A stretch of DNA of 63,983 nt, counting the filler, from Saprolegnia diclina VS20 (taxonomy: Eukaryota), in NCBI RefSeq assembly GCF_000281045.1. It is 3 parts of one record of this genome, joined end to end, with 100 filler letters (N's around TTAATTAATTAA, not from the genome) between each part and the next. Parts side by side here need not be neighbours in the genome. Positions count along the whole stretch, not along the records: positions 1 to 16,327 come from NW_008246103.1; positions 16,428 to 41,829 come from NW_008246103.1; 1 more part is not named here. One strand, written 5' to 3'. The translations under genes were made by a program, and so were the position numbers. The first letter of the stretch is position 1. Each line of letters begins with the position of its first letter. The notes below the pieces were generated by a model that saw nothing but the letters and a program-made list of their open reading frames with translations, was not told the origin of the DNA and searched no databases. Positions 13,053 through 24,455 of this stretch are shown in pieces.

Positions 13053-13987
13053 ATGGAGAATGATGAACCCAAAACCAGGAACGCTGGTCGATGCTTGGAT
13101 TTGAGGCAAGGCGGGCATGACCGAGACGACGACGACAACGGCGCCGACCGACCCGGTCACAGAGCTCTTGACGCGCGTGCGTCCGAGCAGCGTGCATTCT
13201 TATCGTGTCTCACGCAGCGTGCATGTAGGAGCGGTCGTGCATCTTTGAGACGCGCGTCGAGATGGCCGCCGAGTGCAAGGAGGCCGGCGCGACATCACAA
13301 AAGGCCGGCGACTACGCGGCGGCAGTCCGTTGCTACGAGCGCGCGCTCTTCCATGTCGAATTTGACGAAGGCACGTGGGCGTTTGAGGTATTGTGCCCGC
13401 CTGGAGCCACTGCCTTGAGACGATGTCTATAGCTCCTGGACAAGCACCGTGATGCGGTCAACGTCGCGCGGCTGCCGGGTACGATACTAGATCGTGTGTA
13501 GCACTAGGAATCATGTTGTTGGGTAGTGCATCTCAATCTCGCAGCATGCTACCTCCACGAGACGCTGCTCGACACGGCCAAGGTGCACGAACAGTGCGAC
13601 CTCGCCCTGGCCATTGATGCGGACAGCGTCAAGGCCTTGTACCGGAAGGGCCAAGCCTTTCTCCACGCCAACGACAGCGATGGCGCTGCCAAGGTGCTTG
13701 CGAAAGCAGTGCGGCTCCAGCCCAACGACAAGGCGATCCGCGCGGTACGCCACGTAGGCCACGCGTCGATACGATGCCTTCTGTAGGCGTTGGCGCAATG
13801 CAAAGAAAAGCAGGCGCTTGCTCGCGACCAAGACAAGAAGCGCTGGGGCGGGCACTTGCTCTCGGCCAAAGCCACTCCAGTCAACGCCCCGCCGACCACT
13901 GCAACGACGGCCTGGCCTCTATGGTTGCTTGTGCCCTCGCTCCTCGTGCTCGTTGCGGCGGTGCTGTACGCTGTGCGATCGTACTAG
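13053..13987 (+). CDS. Tail-anchored TPR protein (immunophilin-type TPR triad, C-terminal TM; multi-exon)
   Basis: HLNLAACYL, ALAIDADSVKALYRKGQA, LQPNDKAI; C-terminal WPLWLLVPSLLVLVAAVLYAV. Confidence 0.75.
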
Positions 13988-14049
13988 ACACAATATACTA
14001 CTGTAGTAGGCAGCAGCAGATGACAATTACGCGTCTACACAATGGAATG

Positions 14050-14620
14050 CTAGTTATACTCGTACACCTTGACCTTGTTCAAGTACTTGTCGTCGCACTC
14101 GCGAAACTGGCGCCTATAGCGATCGTATTGGAGCATGTGCTGACGTGGAAGCTGCGTACCAATAGGTGTAGTAACCACTCGCCTTGACGCGCGTACACCG
14201 AATGAAGCCGTTCTCCCAGCGTTCGGGCTCGCCGTACTTGGCCTTGTAGTCGCTAATGTCCCGCCACCCAGTCTGCTGGATGCGAAACGCTACGTAAACT
14301 CATTGTGGCAGCCTGTCGCGGTGGGCGATTTCACGACCTTCCTCGACCTCGGGCGTCCACTCTTTGGGCCGGTACATGCGCGTCGGCTCCGGGTACTTGT
14401 GCTCGTCGGCTTCGTTATTGTCGTCGCTCAAGCAGCAGCCGTCGGCGAGCTTGTACTTGGAGGCTTCGAGCTGGCGGCTCTGGCGCAACGAGTTGCTACG
14501 GTCCAGTGAGCCCGGCTTGGTCTTGAGCGGAGCGCCTTGATACCTCCGAGCGAGGGCGGGCCCTTGGGACGAGAGCGCTCGGCGGCCAACGCTCATTGCT
14601 GAGATCGAGAGTCCTTCCAT
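14050..14620 (-). CDS. MEIG1: Meiosis-expressed gene 1 homologue with N-terminal extension (multi-exon)
   Basis: Spliced C-terminus EPTRMYRPKEWTPEVEE-AFRIQQTGWRD...ERWENGFIR...YYTYW...ECDDKYLNKVKVYEY matches the MEIG1 family pattern. Confidence 0.8.
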
Positions 14621-15507
14621 ACGTTCGAGCGATTCACTTGTGCTTGAAAGCAAAGAAGAGGTAGTGATGGAAACCCCCACGCTGTGAATAGCTCTGAAAC
14701 TCACTACAGCTATATACACAACCTCGGCGTACTCGTTCCACGCACCACAGGGAACGCTAGTAGTCTGATCGGCCTCAATCGTATAAGCCTTTGATTGAGC
14801 TCTGTCTCCTTGCTTTGAACTCAACGAAAACGCTCCAATCGCATCTCACTTCTCCGCGTCTACCGGAAGAGACGCTTGTCAAGGCGCTTGCGAAGAGCCA
14901 GCCGTCTCATGAAGGAAACGTTTGAGATACTAACGACAAACTATCGACTCATTAGTGAGACTTGGTATGGCATCGTCGCGCTACGCCTCCGACTCTACGT
15001 TAGCGAAGCCCATAGGGATAACATGGCGCGGGGGAATTCGCAAAGAGCGTCATAGCCAGGAAAAACACGCAGAACTTTGCAAAACACGTCATACAATGCC
15101 GCTGACGCACCACGATCGAAGGGTACTTCGAGGGAATAGACCCTCCTTCCACCTCGCCTCCTACTTGCGACTGCTCCCGTGAATTTGAACACCTCTTTAC
15201 CCTTCCCTTCCTGGGAATTTGTGGGTATTTTGCAAATTTCTGCGTGTTTTACAGAAAAGAGGTGCTATGACGCCTTTGCAGATTCCCCCATTGCACGACG
15301 CACGTATACCGAGACGGTTGTAAGAGATGCTGCGACGGTGTCTCCCCTTTCCAATCGATATCTTTCATCGATCATGTACACATGTTGGTGCTATGATAGT
15401 ACAAACATATGTACATGACGTGGCAGCGTCTCTGACAAGAACACACACTTCAACGTACACGTGTCGTCGTTTATGCAACAGAGGTAGACACTACACGAGA
15501 CAGACGC

Positions 15508-16167
15508 TCAGACAGCCTTGGTGGGCGCATCAAGGGGCACCGCGACGACAATCGTCTCGTCGTCCGTCATGCGGGGCGTCTCCATGAGCTCAAACTTGGT
15601 CGTCGGCGTGCCAGCGCTCTCGACGACCACGATGCGCTGCGCCGTATAGTGCTGGTACGTACCAACGACGAGCGAGGCGAAGAGTGCCATGACCACAAAG
15701 ACCGCCATCTTCGCGCTTGCATGCAGCGCATCGCAGTTGACGTTGCAGAGGGCGCGGACCTCCAAGACCAAATCCTGTTTACGATGGCTCGACGCACACA
15801 CATGGTCGCTCGCATACGCATCGCCCAGCGACGCGTTTGCGGCGAGGACGAACACCAAGCTCGCGAGGGTGAACGCGAGAACAACGGGCCGGTGCGCCAC
15901 ATAGCTTTTGGTGCGGTACGCAGCCGCAAAGGCACCGCCGGTACTGAGCACGGCGGCGACAATCGCTGCAGTTAACGAGAGCTCGAACGCATCCATGTCA
16001 CTAATTTCTTGAACGTATGCGCTGCAGGACGTCGACTGCATGTAGCGGCCGATGCAGCTCGTCGCGAGAAGCGCGAGCATCGCCGAGAGGCCGTGAAGAC
16101 CGACAGGAAGGCACGGGCACAAGGCGATCGCGCGAAGGCGGGCGGCGATGGTCGAGAGCGAAAGCAT
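15508..16167 (-). CDS. Four-TM membrane protein, unknown function
   Basis: ATG 16167 in ORF 15508..16251; four hydrophobic segments with Cys-containing loops. Confidence 0.7.
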   Translation of the reverse strand: MLSLSTIAARLRAIALCPCLPVGLHGLSAMLALLATSCIGRYMQSTSCSAYVQEISDMDAFELSLTAAIVAAVLSTGGAFAAAYRTKSYVAHRPVVLAFTLASLVFVLAANASLGDAYASDHVCASSHRKQDLVLEVRALCNVNCDALHASAKMAVFVVMALFASLVVGTYQHYTAQRIVVVESAGTPTTKFELMETPRMTDDETIVVAVPLDAPTKAV

Positions 16168-16200
16168 AATGTTGTGTGACGGCTTGTCGCGTCGAGGAAA

Positions 16201-16248
16201 AAAGGCAAAGTGGGAATGTGAAAGACAAAGTGGGAATTTGAAAGGCAA
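16201..16248 (-). promoter_or_regulatory. Tandemly duplicated 20-bp initiator-like element
   Basis: aaaggcaaagtgggaatgtg / aaagacaaagtgggaatttg; the minus strand reads CATTCCCACTTTG (INR/FPR-like) ~35-75 bp upstream of ATG 16167. Confidence 0.45.
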
Positions 16249-16327
16249 CATGGTCTATTTACGTCATCAACATAAATAGCACCCTTGCTAATAGACAGGC
16301 CGCGAGGGTATCTTTAGAAGGCTTAAC

Positions 16328-16427
16328 NNNNNNNNNNNNNNNNNNNNNNNNNNNNNNNNNNNNNNNNNNNNTTAATTAATTAANNNNNNNNNNNNNNNNN
16401 NNNNNNNNNNNNNNNNNNNNNNNNNNN
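16328..16427. other. Assembly gap with artificial six-frame-stop linker
   Basis: 44 N + TTAATTAATTAA + 44 N. Confidence 0.97.
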
Positions 16428-17435
16428 CTTCCGGCCCCGCCGCGCCAACTTGGCGTGGTACGTCCAGTAGCGATCGCGGCAGATCGTCGCTTGTACGCCA
16501 ACGAATCGACTGATGTTTGACCAGTCGATGGCCTCCATATTTTTTGCTCGCAGCATGTACACGGCGCAGAGAAGGCGGCGGTCTGCTTGTGGGCTGAGGT
16601 CGAATACTGCGTTTGACGGTGGGCCGGCGTCGGCGAGGCGTGTCGCTTCGGCGCGAAGAGCCACGACGCGCATGAGGCAGTCGACTGGTGGGCGGCGCTT
16701 TGCGGTTTTGCAGACGCGCGCAATTTGCGCTGAAATCACGTCCCACGTCGCGCCTGTCTCGACCAAGGTCGCGAGCGCCTCGTCCTCTTTCAGCGTCCAC
16801 TTGGCGCGCCGCCAGTGCGGCGATACCTGCAAGTTCCATGCGAGTGCGTAATGGAATGGCCGCTTGGCGAGCTCGTGCTCGGCGACAAACGCGACCCAGT
16901 CGTCGGGTTGCATGGCCGACGGCTCGGGCGGCAGTCGCTGCAAGGTGCGCTTAATGTGGTTTGCTCGTCGCTCGAGGATGCGCGATGCGCCAATGACGTC
17001 GCGCAGCTCTTCGCGGTACGGCGCGAGGTGTCGCGACGCAGACGTGACCGGCGGTATCCGCTTGGGCACGACTTTGCCGGCAGCGTTCTGCACCACGTAC
17101 TCGGCGGCCAAGAACGGCAGCTTGCGCTTCGCCGCGCGCGGCGTCGGTTTGAAGCTCGTCTCGAAGCGTGCCACGAGCGACTGGACCGTCGCTTCCGCCT
17201 GCCTGTGGGCGGCGAGTCCCGCCTGGATGCGTGCGTCCGCCATGGCCGGCTGGATGACCTTGTTCCGGGCCTTTGTTCGAATTGCGCAGATGCGCGTCTG
17301 GATCGCGTGCTCGCGCGCCTCAAGCACGCGCAGCGTCTCCTCGAGCGCGGTCATGTACGCCTGGTTGGCGATCAGCGCGTCCGTGACGGCCGCGGCCGGG
17401 TGCACGCTGCGGCCAGCGTTTCGTTGGGCTTGCAT
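16428..17435 (-). CDS. SNAPC4/SNAP190-like Myb-repeat protein, paralogue A (3' end lost in gap)
   Basis: Coiled coil DALIANQAYMTALEE; Myb repeats KWTLKEDEALATLV...WDVIS and ADRRLLCAVY...IDWSNISRFV...CRDRYW. Confidence 0.65.
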
Positions 17436-17499
17436 CCGGATACTACGCGGAATGCGCCGGATAGGGCGGTTGGCATGGCATTCGTGATCTTGTCGGCCC

Positions 17500-18957
17500 A
17501 TGGACGAGGTCGAGGCTGCGCTGGCCGCCAACTTTGCCTACGTGCGCGCGCTCGAGGCGTATGTGCAGAAATGCGACGCGAAGGAGGCCGAGATCCACGA
17601 CCGGTTGCGGGCGATCCGCGCGCGGAAGCGCGAGCGCCACGACGTGGTGCTGGCGGACAAGGTCGCGGCCGCGACCGCCAACCGCGTCACGTACACCGAG
17701 GTGCACCTCGCGATGCAGCCGCCGCCGCAAACCTTGGCACGCGGTACGAAGAAGCGGCTCCTTGGCGCATACCGCGAGAAGCGGTCGGCGTTCTTCCAAG
17801 TGCCCTGCGCCCGGGTCCACGGCGGTAGCGTGAGCCTGTACTACACCAACCCGGACGTGCAAAACCTAACGATCATCCAGCAGCGGTACCCGGACCCGAA
17901 AATGCTCTTGTTTCGCAAGTGGAAACCATCCGAGGTGAGTGGCCTCAATAAGGCAATCGTCGCGCTCGACGCCGACGACGGCACCATCGACTGGGACCGC
18001 GTGCGCGCCAAGGCCGGGCTGGCCGACCGCACACCGCGCGCGTGCCAGCTGCGACACTCGATTCTACAAGAAGAGATACTCGAGAAGGCGTCTGCGTGGA
18101 CACCGCGCGAAGACGAAGCACTCTCCCGGCTGGTCGTCGCCGCGAGCCACGACTGGCAAGCGATTGCCCTCGCCCTCCATACCGAGCATGGCTTTCCACG
18201 GCGTCTTCCCGTGTCGTGCCTCATTCGGTACCAAACGATCTGCAACAACGAGCTCTTTCCGAGCGTATGGACGGAAGAGGAAGACGACCTGCTGCGCGCG
18301 GTCATGACGACGATGGCCGGGAACGAGACCAACATTTGGCGCCTCGTGGCCGAGAAGCTCGCGATCGGGCACACGCCCGACCAGTGTGGGTACCGGTGGC
18401 GCAACTCGCTCTGCCCGACCGTCACGACCGGCCACTTTTCGGTCGAGGAAGACCGGCGACTGCTGCTCGCCATGTACGTCATGGCTGCAGCTCCCGACGG
18501 CACTCTGACAAGCCGCGCGACTCTCGACTGGAACAAGATCAAAGATCTTATGCCTGGTCGCACCAACGTCATGTGCAGCCAGCGCTTCCGCGACTCGCTC
18601 AACCCGTTCAAAAAGTACGACCATTTCACCGAAGCCGACGACACGGTGATCGCCGAGGGCATTCGGCTCCATGGCACCAACGCCTGGTCGGAGATTGCTG
18701 CCATGCTGCCCGGGCGGTACCCCGATCAGATTCGGAAGCGCTGGCGCGCGATCCAGTGGCGGTTCGATGTGGTGGAAGACGACGCACCGACTGCGCGGGT
18801 GCGCGGGAAGAAGACTGCGTCGTCGGTTGGCAAGACGCTTCGCCGCACGACGCGCGTCGCAGGCCCCCCGACCAAGCGAAAGAAGAAACACATCACCCCC
18901 ACCACCCCCGGGGAGACCACCACCGACGACCTGCCCGAGGGCGTGTTCCTTATTTAA
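17500..18957 (+). CDS. SNAPC4/SNAP190-like multi-Myb-repeat protein, paralogue B
   Basis: Intronless 485-aa ORF; AALAANFAYVRALE coiled coil; 4-5 Myb repeats (WTPREDEAL, WTEEEDDLL, FSVEEDRRL, FTEADDTVI...PGRYPDQIRKRW); basic NLS KRKKK. Confidence 0.8.
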   Translation: MDEVEAALAANFAYVRALEAYVQKCDAKEAEIHDRLRAIRARKRERHDVVLADKVAAATANRVTYTEVHLAMQPPPQTLARGTKKRLLGAYREKRSAFFQVPCARVHGGSVSLYYTNPDVQNLTIIQQRYPDPKMLLFRKWKPSEVSGLNKAIVALDADDGTIDWDRVRAKAGLADRTPRACQLRHSILQEEILEKASAWTPREDEALSRLVVAASHDWQAIALALHTEHGFPRRLPVSCLIRYQTICNNELFPSVWTEEEDDLLRAVMTTMAGNETNIWRLVAEKLAIGHTPDQCGYRWRNSLCPTVTTGHFSVEEDRRLLLAMYVMAAAPDGTLTSRATLDWNKIKDLMPGRTNVMCSQRFRDSLNPFKKYDHFTEADDTVIAEGIRLHGTNAWSEIAAMLPGRYPDQIRKRWRAIQWRFDVVEDDAPTARVRGKKTASSVGKTLRRTTRVAGPPTKRKKKHITPTTPGETTTDDLPEGVFLI

Positions 18958-19309
18958 CTTTGAACAGCAGACTCCTACTGACGACGACGGGTCCTTCGAC
19001 CATCCATATCGAGGGCAAATATGGGTCGAGGGTATGTATGTGGGAGCAGTGAGACAACCAACACCAGCGCTTTGCACGAGCAAGAACCGTGTCCCAGGCA
19101 CGCAACGAGATCTCCTTTGACTCGAGTCAGTGAGGTCGCAAGCATCAGCTCAACACTGGTGTCGCCGGTGCGAAGAAGCGGGTGCAAGCTCTCGACCAGG
19201 TTGGCATCGTGCGTACTAGTAGAGGGCGGTCCTCCCGTGTCGATTAGGGATAGGGTGTAGGATGTACTTTAAGTATAACCGTGTCGTATAAGGCATGACG
19301 TTAACGTCA

Positions 19310-22300
19310 CTACGATGCCTCTTCGTGCTCGAGCAAGTAGTCGTAGGCGTTGAGGCGTGCAAACTTGGCTTGAAGCGCGCCGTGGTCGACGAGGGCCCCA
19401 TACGAAGCGTCGATATCCTCAGGCATTGGGACAGCAGCAAACGCGTAGACCAGAGCTGGGATTGACGCCGAATCGTCGGTGGCATTGCCGTTGATGGACG
19501 GCCAGTGCTCCAAGACGTAGATGGCTCTGGCCACGCCCCGCGAGAAGCGAGCTAAGTTTCCATGACACGGCGGCAGCACGTCGAGCGGGTAGCTCGATGC
19601 ACAGACATGCAAGAGGAACGGGACGACCGCCACGTCGCCCGTCGTCGCGTCCGCAAACAGCTCATGCAGCAGCTGCTGGTACGCGGGCTCATGGCACCAC
19701 AGCGGCGCACTCAAGAACGCCGCCTTGTCGACGACGGCGCTCAGCGCCCGAGGCGTGCGCCAGTGCAACACCAGCGCTTCCAGGTCGCGTACGTCGGGCA
19801 CGGGGAGCTTTTGGGCCGTCGCGAGCGAGAGCACGAGGCGGCGCCAGTCGACCACCTCTGCCGTAGCAAACGCGATTGCCATGTTGGCAACCGCCGTGTA
19901 CGAGGCCCAGACGGGCGGGAGCACTTGCGCAGTGGCCACTTCGACGACGGTCGCTGTAAACACAGGTACCGACAGCTGTTGGCCGTGCGTCGTCGCTGTC
20001 TGCAGCGCACAGACGATCGCACGCAAGTGCGTCACGCTCAGAAAGGACATGTGATGCGCGATCCGAATGCCGTGGCCATCGAGTGGTGTCGTCAGCGACT
20101 GCAGCCGCGGCCAGCGAACTACGGTGGGTGCGTCGCGAAGGGCTTGGACGACGTTGACAATGTGTCGAAACTCCTGGTGTACGAATTGCAATAGCGCTGT
20201 GTCGAGACTCGACTTTTCGACGTCCACCAAGCCCGTGACCCGACGCGCAATCGTGTCGACGAAGCGGACGATGCCGACACACCGGCGCAAAAACAAAGCG
20301 CGCTCGGTGTCCAGCACGACCGACTGCAGATCGTTGGCGTCCGAGGACGGGCGAATGAGGACGTCGGCGACGATGTCATGAACCGTCTCGAGCAGAGGCG
20401 AATTTGGTGGCAGGGCCTGATCGGTGGCGACGTGAACGCCAGCGTCTCTCTCGCTTGGCGACGCGGCAGCGACCGGACCCACCAGTTCAAAGTACGACAG
20501 CAAGTGCCGGAGGCGCCGCAAGAGCGACTTCTTTTCCGAGCGCAGCAGCGCCGTCGCCCAGCTGACCACACTCTCGACAAAGGCGTCGGTCGACATGGAC
20601 CAGTTCTCGGGCGACTGCAAAAAGCGGTTGGCTGGGCATCGGACGGCGTCGACAAGGTCACCGAGGTCGACTTCAAGCGCCATGAGGCGCCGCTACACCA
20701 TGTCGTATGTACGTCCATCTCTATCGGGTGCACGTACGTGAACGTGTTCGTGGCGCTCCTTGGGCGTGGCAAAGGCGATGGGCGCGGCCAGATCATGCAA
20801 GGCGGCGTCCAAGAGCGTCTGCTGGGACGAATTCGCGTCCAACACAGCGAGAAACTGCGTGCGTAGGCGCAGGAACGGCCGGGAAAAGCTCTGCAGACTC
20901 TCGTAGAACGCTTGCAGTGCTCGAACACGATCCAAATGGCACTGCTCCACGTCCTACCCAAGCTCCTGGCATCGAATGGCGATGATTTGAGAGCGTACGT
21001 GGTAGTTGATAGCATCGTCGAGATCCCGAAGCGACGCCCACGGAAGCAAGTGCTCGCCGCATCGATCACGCACGACGAGGAGCTCGGGGGGCGACATGGT
21101 TTGTCGGCGGTCGTTTTTCATTTTTGCGAGCGCCGAGCCAAAGTCGTCCGGGTCTGTCGCGTGCAACACATGGTGCGCGTCTGGCGTCAGTCGCAGCAGC
21201 GCCTGCAGCGTCTCGTCGAGCGCGAGCGCCGGCGTCGTCGTTGTGTTCAACTAGACCATTTCTCTTGCTACAATATCTTTGTGGGAGCGCGCTCGTACCG
21301 TAACTGCGCAGCCAAACGGCTTCCAGAAGGCTTGGAGCGCGGCCGTCGTCGTCGCCCACGTCTCGGCTCGTGCGTAAACATCCCTCTTGGCGGCATCGTC
21401 GAGAACGCCGGCGACCAGCGCGTCGGTGGTGGCGTCGAGGAAGAGGACCCAGTCGACGCTTGAGAGAGGCGGCGGCGCGCTCTCCATGACGACGGCCTTC
21501 TCGTCCCAGGACGCGGTGAGCTGCGCGCTTCGAAGACTTAGCTCGGCGTCCGAGATCCCATGGTAGCGCTTGAGCATCTCGACTTCAAACACTTTGGCTT
21601 CGTCCTTGGAGCTAGACATGAAAGGTCGATAGAGTATCAATGTTTCAAGCGCACCGCGGGAAGTTGAGGAGGAGCACACCGACGAACGTCGCGGCGTTAG
21701 CTTGCGCAAAGACGTGCACCAACGCTTTGCACACCGCATCGGCCACGACAGCGTCCGGGATCGCACTGCCTTTGGACCGCGCCTGGGCCATCTTGGTACC
21801 CAGCGCTGCCATTTCCACCTACGATGCATCGGGTCTTTGACAGCCTACTGGACGATGGACCGCGTACTTCGAGTGGCGACGGCTTCTCGCCCGCGGCTGG
21901 CTTGCCCCGCTCGCTCAGCTTGACACACCGATCGACGCACGCCTCGACGGTCAGCAGCTGCAACCCCGTTGATGCCGCGAGGCCCGCTGCGAAGTTGCTA
22001 CTGGTGTCCTTGGCGTACCAGCAGAGCAGGAGCGGCCGGGACGTTGCCGACAAGAGCGGTGGCCACGACGTCGTGAGTAGCTCACTGGGTGGCGTCGTCG
22101 CGAGCGCATGAATGGTTGCTTGTATCTACGATCCCATGAGCGCATACAATATACGCCGTTGCAGCGCATACTGCGTCGACGTCGGTCGTCGGCGGCGGCC
22201 TGCCCAAGTCGGGAGTGCCAAAGACACCGTCGTTGCGGACGTAGTCGCGCAGCAAGTAGTCGACTTCGATGCTACTGCACCCGCTTTCGCTCCGTGTATT

Positions 22301-24135
22301 GTCGATCGAGCGTCCGCAGATAGCGCCCGAGACAAACTGTGCTTTGAGTGACCGGTACAGCGGCGCCGGCATGGGCTGACGCGTTGACGCGCTAGAATGT
22401 TTATATTCTCCATGGCAAGATTGTACAAAAAAGAATCGAGTCTACCGGTGGACGACAACAGTGTGCACAAACGACAGCAAAGTGTCGAGGACATCCGCAC
22501 ACAGCAACGTGTGTGCCTCGTGCTTGCGCTCGTCGAGCACGCGGGCGTCGTCGATGGCGACCCGGAGAGTCTCGGCGCGCCGAGCGACCGCATCCGGCGC
22601 CATCGCAGCGGCGTGCAGCTCGTCCAGACTCTTGGCGGCCGCGGCTTCAATCGTTGCGGCGTAGGCGATGACGCGCTCGGTGGCCGCGACATTGGCCTCG
22701 CCCTTGTTTTTTTCGTGGTTGTGGCGCGCTTCCCACAGCGTGCGCAGCACGTTGCGTCGGCGCTTGCCAACGACAAAGAGCCGATGCAAGAGCGCGGCCT
22801 CTTCTTGCTTGCGGTTGATCTATTGCGATAGTACAATATGATAAATGGATAATCACCGCACAAAATAAGGTGCGCACTTCGATCGTATTGCGTGTCTGGT
22901 CTACGAGCATCTTGCGGCGCCGGCTTGCGCGCTCGCGCTGCGCGTTGAGGTGCAGTTTACGCCGGTCGCGAAGCTCCTTCATCATTTGAATGTTGCTCGA
23001 CGGGCGCAAATGAAACGACGCGACACGGTTCTCAAGCTCGACGAGGTGGTCGAGCCCGGAGCCTTTGGCTGGTGTCAAGCGCACGCCACTGTCATCGTCG
23101 CCCGAGCTAATACCAAGCCGCTTGAAATTCTTATCAAAGCTCGAGACACCGTCGGCAAGGTCGATGGCCGCGGCTTCGTTTGCGTGGGCAATGATGACGC
23201 GCCGGCGCTCCCGCAAGCTGAGTTCAAACTGCAGTTGCTCGGCCTCCCGATTGCGCTTGACCGCCTATGTCCACAGAAACGTTAGGAAAAGACGGCGGCG
23301 AATAGGGTTGCCTGGTTGGCCGTCCACTTGTCCCGGCCCATGGCCGACCACTGTTCGAGGAAGTCTTGCTTGTCATGCGTGTGCGTGAGCTCGTCGTCGC
23401 GCGTGCGGCGGGCGGCCGCGACCTTCTGGTCGTGCTCCGAGGCAAAGTGCTAGTACATCCGTGGCGTGAGCGACACGATACGGGCGCTGGCGCCTACGGC
23501 AGCGGTCGCGTCCGACGCAGACCACATGAATTCGGTAAATTTGCGCAAGTGGATCGCCATATCCACGCGGTTGTGGTTGTTCCAGTCAGACGGGTCAATC
23601 GACGCGATGATATTCTCCACAAACCGATCCCTTGGGCTCTACCTAAACTTATAGTACCGGCGATGGCGCAACGAGCATGCACCGTCATATCGGGCGCGGG
23701 CATGTGACGGTGACTCCCAGCCGGTGGCGGGCGCAGCGACGCGGTTGCTGGCTCGGTCGGCTTGGGTCGCGACGCCTCGTTTCGATCGACGTGTTCTTTG
23801 AGCTGCATGAGCAACTAGAATTTACGCTAAGGACATAGCTTGCAAGAGGTTGAAACCTTGGCGACCGCGCCTTTCTTCTCCATCATGATGTTGCGCGCTG
23901 CTTCGGGCGAGAGGCGAATCCCGACGCCATGCAGCGACTTCTCGAGGCGTTCAAAGTTACGGAGCACGGACGCGAGGTCGTCGGCGTCGGTGTAGCTCTC
24001 GGGCGACGGCTCGAGCTCGAGCGATGATAAAACGTAGCCGAGAAGGTACCCGTTGCTGAGATCCCGCTCGAGGCACTCGATTGACCGCGGCAACTGCGCC
24101 GTCGACCGAAGCCACGAGAGGAGCAGCGCCGACAT
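19310..24135 (-). CDS. SPEF2: Sperm flagellar protein 2 / CPC1-like central-pair protein (multi-exon)
   Basis: N-terminal CH-like LERDLSNGYLLG...NFERLEKSL...IMMEKKGA; coiled coil RRRKMLVDQ; adenylate-kinase-like segment with DGVFGTP; exon boundaries approximate. Confidence 0.7.
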
Positions 24136-24455
24136 GCTCTGCGAAACCGGCGACTGGCGACGGCGTTTCTACCGGCGGGCGTATCCGTATCATTGTCATA
24201 CGACAAAAGAACAAACAAACGAAAATATGAGTTAAAGTGTGCTAATGCTGCAAACCAAAGGCCGTCGGTGCAGCATGCGAGTGCGTCGTCGACTGGCTAC
24301 TGCACGACAGATTACGACACCACAGAAGACGCTCGTTGAGCCTCGACACTTGCGCCTGCTTTACTCATACAACGGACTCACATTTTAGTTCATCTAAGAG
24401 CTCTCGCAGCTCAATGCTTTGAACGCGGAAATGGACGTGTACCGATCAAGGTCTG

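Noticed and set aside
16372..16383. TTAATTAATTAA palindrome, repeated at 41874-41885
   Set aside because: Centred in exactly 100-bp N blocks, so it is an artificial contig linker; adjacency across it is also uncertain
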